Of a stretch of 64,000 nucleotides of DNA, positions 59,257 through 64,000 are shown piece after piece; the stretch's first letter is position 1; the number at the start of each line of letters is the position of its first letter. Both the position numbers and the translations under genes were made by a program. Origin of the DNA: a virus. A model generated the notes under the pieces. It had not been told where the DNA came from. It did not search any database and saw only the letters and a list, made by a program, of their open reading frames with translations. The DNA lies in IMG/VR virus record IMGVR_UViG_3300025151_008277, positions 32,001 through 96,000 of that record. One strand, written 5' to 3'.

Positions 59257-60558
59257 ATGGCAACTACAACATGGTCAGATTCATTTTTAAGCGCAGGTAG
59301 TCATTTATTCTCTACTAATCTTGCTAATAAAATAGCTAAGTACCAAGATTTAGCAGATAGAATATGTTACGATCTAGGATACCCTTTAGTTAATCTAGAG
59401 ATTCACGGTCAGCAACTGTATACTAATATAGCGCGCTCAGTGGAAATGTTTAGTAAGTTCGCTGGGTACACAGAAGAATTTTTAGTTTTTGATAGTAGCC
59501 TTTATACTCGTGGTAAAGGTTTAAATATAGAAAAATTATTAACCAATACACCTGAGTTAACAAGTACGTATGCTACTACTTTACAAACTACCCAGGCTAC
59601 AACTAATACGGTTGCTACACTTACTTCAATTGATTTCGAAGCTAATTCTGACGATACATTTATTACAGTCTTTCAGTTTGATGTTTCTGATATAGTTGTA
59701 GATCCATCTGAATATACCTTTACTGTTACACTAGGAGATACTAATACTCAAATTACTAAACTACTTTCGGTAGCTACGTCTGGTGTTCCAACAGCAACAG
59801 TAAGTGAAACTGAGTTCGGTACTGTTTTTACCACTTCCACTGAAATTTTTGAGCTAAGTACTACAGTAGCTAGTAACTTAATATCTATTGGGTTAGTTCC
59901 TAAGACTGATAAATCTGGTTCTATAGTAGCAAACAGAAACGCTACAGTTATTAACGATACTACGACAACAACACTTACTACACAAAAAGCTATTATAGCT
60001 AATTTTGATGAACTAACCAAACAATATCGTAAAGTTATTGAAGTATATAGCTTTGACGAAGCTAGTAATAGCGGTATCAATAACCTTTTTACCATCGAGC
60101 AGACATTAGCGCAACAAACTTATTTTAGTTATGCTATGGGTAACTATGGATTTGATTTAATTAGTTGGTATATATTAAAGCAGTGGATGGAAACGAGAGA
60201 GAAAATGCTCTCTATACGTCGTACGTTTAAGTTTGATGATAGGACTCAGCATTTACATTTGTTCCCTGAACCAAAAACAGGAGAAAGCTTTTACGGGGTA
60301 GTAGGAGCTTATGTTGAAAAACCAATTAGAGACTTAATTGTAGAGCCATGGGTCTTTCAGTACGCATCTGCATTAACTAAAATATCAATCGGTAGGGTTC
60401 GTAGTAAGTTCGGTGGTACTCAATTATTTGGTGGAGGTACATTAGATACTTCCTTGTTACAAGAAGGTCTTTCAGAGAAGAAAGAGTTGGAGCAAATGTT
60501 ATTGACTGGTACTCCAGGATTTGGTGACGCAGCTCCGCCTCAATTCTTCGTAGGATGA
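59257..60558 (+). CDS. gp13: Neck protein (gp13-like) with Thr-rich internal insertion
   Basis: LGYPLVNLEI, W-x-x-QYASAL, G-x-x-RSKF, GGGTLD, P-x-FFVG. Confidence 0.88.
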   Translation: MATTTWSDSFLSAGSHLFSTNLANKIAKYQDLADRICYDLGYPLVNLEIHGQQLYTNIARSVEMFSKFAGYTEEFLVFDSSLYTRGKGLNIEKLLTNTPELTSTYATTLQTTQATTNTVATLTSIDFEANSDDTFITVFQFDVSDIVVDPSEYTFTVTLGDTNTQITKLLSVATSGVPTATVSETEFGTVFTTSTEIFELSTTVASNLISIGLVPKTDKSGSIVANRNATVINDTTTTTLTTQKAIIANFDELTKQYRKVIEVYSFDEASNSGINNLFTIEQTLAQQTYFSYAMGNYGFDLISWYILKQWMETREKMLSIRRTFKFDDRTQHLHLFPEPKTGESFYGVVGAYVEKPIRDLIVEPWVFQYASALTKISIGRVRSKFGGTQLFGGGTLDTSLLQEGLSEKKELEQMLLTGTPGFGDAAPPQFFVG

Positions 60559-61013
60559 TACATAAAAAAGGAGATTTTAAAAAAGGTCTTTTTAGACCAA
60601 AAAATAAAAACAAGTACATCGGTCAAAAGCACCCAGCTTACAGAAGCTCTTGGGAGCTTTATTTTTTTCAGTGGTGTGATCGTAACCCTAATGTACTTGA
60701 ATGGGCTTCTGAAGCAGTAATTGTTCCATATATTTCCCCTTTAGACAATAAAGTACATAGATATTTTGTTGATAACATATTAATACTAAAAGAGGGTAGT
60801 AAGAACGTAAAATACCTTGTAGAGATTAAACCGTATAAACAAACTATACCACCTAACGCTACAAGAAGAAAAAAAAGAGAGACATTGCTACACGAACAAG
60901 CAACATATGAGGTTAATAAAGTTAAATGGGAAGCTGCGTCAGAATGGGCAAAGAAAAACGGTTACAAATTCATTATCATCACAGAGAAAGAACTATTTCC
61001 TGAGAAAAAGTAG
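60555..61013 (+). CDS. gp4: Head completion nuclease (gp4-like)
   Basis: PKN-x-x-KY, YRSSWE, WASE, PY-x-SP, HRYFVD, VEIKP, KW-x-AA, ITE. Confidence 0.93.
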   Translation: MIHKKGDFKKGLFRPKNKNKYIGQKHPAYRSSWELYFFQWCDRNPNVLEWASEAVIVPYISPLDNKVHRYFVDNILILKEGSKNVKYLVEIKPYKQTIPPNATRRKKRETLLHEQATYEVNKVKWEAASEWAKKNGYKFIIITEKELFPEKK

Positions 61014-61021
61014 TTTATAAG

Positions 61022-61029
61022 TATAAATA
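61022..61029 (+). promoter_or_regulatory. T4-type late promoter TATAAATA
   Basis: Exact consensus upstream of the prohead protease. Confidence 0.75.
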
Positions 61030-61052
61030 TTTAGTAAAAGTAATTTAAGCAA

Positions 61053-61712
61053 ATGGCATTTAAACTTTTAGTAGAAAAACCGGACCTTAGCGAATTCGAA
61101 TACATCGTTGAAGAAAAGAACTCTAAAGAGCCTTCCAAGCTTTATATTCAGGGACCATTCATGATGGCATCTGAGAAAAATCGTAATAATAGAGTTTACG
61201 ATCTCGAAGAAATGGCTAAAGAAGTCGACCGCTATACAGCAGAAATGATCGATGAAAACAGAGCAATGGGTGAACTTAATCATCCTACTACTGCAGAAGT
61301 TGATCTTGAACGTGCTTGTCATGTCGTCACAGAGCTCACTCAAAAAGATAACGTCTTTTATGGTAAGTCTAAAGTTTTAAGTACTCCTTGCGGTCAAATC
61401 GTAAGAAGTCTTGTTATGGACGGTGTAAAAGTAGGAGTCTCTAGTAGAGCATTAGGTCAAGTAGCAGAAAATCCTGCAGGTCATTCTGAAGTAAAGGATA
61501 TGAAGTTAATTGCCATTGATTGTGTTGCTGATCCTTCCTTTCCTGCAGCTTTTGTTAACGGAATCCTCGAATCTAAACAATGGGTACTTGCTGATGATGG
61601 TAAGTATGAAGAAATCTACAATAAATTTGAAAAGGGTGTGAGTAAGCTACCTAAAAAGGATTTAGATAGCTATTTAAGGGAACATATAATTAGTTTCATA
61701 AAAAACTTTTAA
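61053..61712 (+). CDS. gp21: Prohead protease (gp21)
   Basis: NRNNRVY, GELNHP, TPCG, GVSSRALG, D-x-VADPS. Confidence 0.97.
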   Translation: MAFKLLVEKPDLSEFEYIVEEKNSKEPSKLYIQGPFMMASEKNRNNRVYDLEEMAKEVDRYTAEMIDENRAMGELNHPTTAEVDLERACHVVTELTQKDNVFYGKSKVLSTPCGQIVRSLVMDGVKVGVSSRALGQVAENPAGHSEVKDMKLIAIDCVADPSFPAAFVNGILESKQWVLADDGKYEEIYNKFEKGVSKLPKKDLDSYLREHIISFIKNF

Positions 61713-61731
61713 TTTACAATAAATAATTATG

Positions 61732-61881
61732 ATGGACAAAAGCTTAAAAGAATCAATTAAGTCTTTTTTGAGTAATCTGGGCAATAAAGACTACAGTAAC
61801 GCTAATAAAGACTTGAATAAAGCGATTGAGCGTAAGCTTCAAGAGCGGATCAATAAAGCATATAAAAAGGATTTATTTTAA
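61732..61881 (+). CDS. Small helical protein, possible prohead core protein (not in ORF track)
   Basis: MDKSLKESIKSFL...KDYSNAN...KLQERI; ATAAATA 6 nt upstream; lies between gp21 and gp22. Confidence 0.65.
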   Translation: MDKSLKESIKSFLSNLGNKDYSNANKDLNKAIERKLQERINKAYKKDLF

Positions 61882-61882
61882 A

Positions 61883-62752
61883 ATGAGCAACATAACTGAT
61901 ACACTAAAAGAGGCTGCCAAGGACGTTGTTTCTGAGGAGACCCTTCAAGCAATTGAACAGGCCTTCCAAGAACAATTAGACGAGAAGGCAGAGGAGCGTT
62001 CTAAGATTGCAGTCGAAGCTGCTCTTAATGAACAAGACGAGAAATACGCAACTAAGTTAGAGGCTTTACTTGAGGCTATCGACAAAGATCATTGTCGTAA
62101 GCTGAATAAGGTGGTTGAGTCCCTTGATACTGATAGAACTAATAAGCTCAAGCAGATTATTAAGAAGTATCAAACAGAACTTAACACAGAAGCTGCTAAA
62201 TTAAGAGACACAATCGTAGAGAGTGTTTCTGATTACTTAGATTCTTATATTGACGAAGCTATTCCTGCTGATTCAATTCAGGAAGCTGTTGATAATAAGA
62301 AAGCGATTAATATTCTTGAAAGCTTCCGTAAGACTCTTGGTGTTGATCTCGCTCTTGCTAACGAATCTATTCGTGACGGTGTCATGGATGGTAAGAAGCG
62401 CTTAGATGAGTCAGTATCTCATGCTACTAAGTTAGAAGAGAAGAACAGTGCTCTAGAGAATGAATTAACTGAACTTAAGAAATCAGTTTATCTGTCTGAG
62501 AAGACAAGATCTTTTGATGAGAAGAAGACTAAATTCATTAATAAGACTTTCGAAGGTAAAGACATGGAATTCATCGAAGAAAACTTTGACTATACCGTGA
62601 AAATGTTTGAGAAAAAGCATACCGAGGTGCTTGATGTACTGAAGGAAGATGCTATTTCTGAGTCAGAAGTGAAAGATAACGTCGATCAAGAGTTGACTAC
62701 TGAGAAGGTTGTTAAGAACCCTTATGTTGACCAATTATCTAGAATTATCTAA
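61883..62752 (+). CDS. gp22: Prohead scaffolding protein (gp22-like)
   Basis: Acidic coiled coil, VSDYLD, directly before the capsid gene; start re-assigned to MSNITD. Confidence 0.85.
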   Translation: MSNITDTLKEAAKDVVSEETLQAIEQAFQEQLDEKAEERSKIAVEAALNEQDEKYATKLEALLEAIDKDHCRKLNKVVESLDTDRTNKLKQIIKKYQTELNTEAAKLRDTIVESVSDYLDSYIDEAIPADSIQEAVDNKKAINILESFRKTLGVDLALANESIRDGVMDGKKRLDESVSHATKLEEKNSALENELTELKKSVYLSEKTRSFDEKKTKFINKTFEGKDMEFIEENFDYTVKMFEKKHTEVLDVLKEDAISESEVKDNVDQELTTEKVVKNPYVDQLSRII

Positions 62753-62826
62753 TTTAAACTTGTTGAGGTACTTGCTACCTGATCTCCAATGTAAAGGACC
62801 CTTTTAAACCCAATATATAAAATATT

Positions 62827-64000
62827 ATGAACGAAACACAGACAAGACCCAATACAGAATATATTGACGGGAACAGGGCACAACAGTTGTTGGAGAAGTG
62901 GAGTCCAGTTTTGGACTATACCTCTGACAAGGTTGGGGCTATCACAGATAGTCATACCCGTCTTAACACCGCCATGCTTTTGGAAAACCAAGAGACATGG
63001 TGTTTGAAGGAAGCCAATACCTCTTCCCCCGGGAATGGTACAGGTGCTTTAGGATCCCCGCTACGTGCTGATGGACAAGGTGGCGGTATTTATAACAGTG
63101 ATGATACATATGCCGATGGCGATCAGAGACTTCCTAAGATTCTGATTCCAATGATTCGTCGTACGTTCCCTGAGTTGATTACTAACGAAATCGTTGGTGT
63201 TCAGCCCATGAGCGGACCAGTCGGTTTGGCATTTGCACTTCGTTATAAGTACTCTGCTACTGGTATCGGTGGCAACCCTGCTTCTAACGATGGAAACCCA
63301 GAAAGCCAAACAAGCGCAGGTGGCGGAGGTACTGGTGAACTTGGTCATAACTTGTTAGATACTCGTTATACAGGTGATACCGCAGGATTCATGAGCACTG
63401 CAGCAACATCCGCACTTAAAGGTATCGATGGTACCAACGTCGCGATTGTTACTGGTGATCAAGGTTTTGCAGCAGCTCTTAGCTCATTTGAGATGGACGG
63501 AGCATCTGGAATGCCTACTGTTGAGCTTAGCTTCGAAAAGACAGCTGTTGAAGCTGGTACTCGTAGGCTTGGTGCTCGTTGGTCGGTTGAGCTCGAGCAG
63601 GATCTTAAGAACATGAACGGTATTGATGTTGACGCTGAGTTGACTAACGCCATGTCTTATGAAATCCAGGCTGAGATTGATCGTGAAATGATCATTCGTA
63701 TGATTCAGGCTACCTTAGGTGCAGGATCCGGTACAGGTTATACTACCTTTAATATCGCTTCTGCTGATGGTCGCTGGGTTGCTGAAAGAAACCGCGCTTT
63801 CTATCAGAAACTGATCATTGAGGCAAACAGAATGGCTGTGCGCAACCGTCGTGGTGCTGCTAACTTTATTGTTGCTACCCCACGTGTTTGCTCTATCCTC
63901 GAAATGCTTCCTGAGTTCAGCTGGATGACAGTTGAAGGCAATGTTAATACATCGCCAGTTGGTGTTGCTAAGATCGGTAACGTTGGTGGGCGTTTTAATG
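62827..64000 (+). CDS. gp23: Major capsid protein (gp23), runs off the window end
   Basis: LLEKWSPVL, AMLLENQ, LIPMIRR, VGVQPMSGPVGLAFALR, ELEQDL, EIQAEIDRE, RRGAANF. Confidence 0.98.
   Translation, partial: MNETQTRPNTEYIDGNRAQQLLEKWSPVLDYTSDKVGAITDSHTRLNTAMLLENQETWCLKEANTSSPGNGTGALGSPLRADGQGGGIYNSDDTYADGDQRLPKILIPMIRRTFPELITNEIVGVQPMSGPVGLAFALRYKYSATGIGGNPASNDGNPESQTSAGGGGTGELGHNLLDTRYTGDTAGFMSTAATSALKGIDGTNVAIVTGDQGFAAALSSFEMDGASGMPTVELSFEKTAVEAGTRRLGARWSVELEQDLKNMNGIDVDAELTNAMSYEIQAEIDREMIIRMIQATLGAGSGTGYTTFNIASADGRWVAERNRAFYQKLIIEANRMAVRNRRGAANFIVATPRVCSILEMLPEFSWMTVEGNVNTSPVGVAKIGNVGGRFN

Noticed and set aside
59748-61343. Minus-strand ORFs 59748-60095, 60377-60619, 61068-61343
   Set aside because: Antisense to well-supported structural genes.
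63061-63653. Short ORFs listed in the track over the window end
   Set aside because: The real gene is gp23 (62827 onward), omitted from the track because it has no stop inside the window.
1-64000. tRNAs, CRISPR arrays, introns, transposases, homing endonucleases, stop-codon recoding
   Set aside because: Intergenic gaps are too short and show no cloverleaf or repeat-spacer pattern by eye; core genes are full length in the standard code.

Overview
A 64 kb, AT-rich, densely coding segment of a T4-like (Tevenvirinae/Kyanoviridae-like) myovirus genome with rearranged gene order. It holds four blocks. (1) Packaging and head genes: gp17, gp14, gp15, gp20, gp13, gp4, gp21, gp22 and a truncated gp23. 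(2) A minus-strand replication/recombination block: primase, RNase H, clamp, gp32, helicase, UvsX, DNA polymerase, gp46/47, gp55, UvsW, UvsY. Embedded in it are rhamnose-synthesis genes, two glycosyltransferases and a GATase+QueC pair. (3) A folE2/queD/queE/kinase cluster, with no recognisable DpdA/TGT in the window, plus phoH and thyX. (4) A ~16 kb glycan island carrying an apparently self-contained NDP-heptose/higher-sugar pathway. The most notable observations are: a late ART-like protein carrying an 18-residue copy of the major capsid protein N-arm; a Ser-to-Arg change in DNA polymerase motif B alongside 7-deazaguanine and glycosyltransferase genes; a tandem DUF2589-like pair with an amphipathic beta-hairpin; and promoter-to-ATG spacing that suggests widespread leaderless translation. 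No tRNA, CRISPR, intron, intein or transposase was seen. All product calls come from motif recognition by eye, not database searches.
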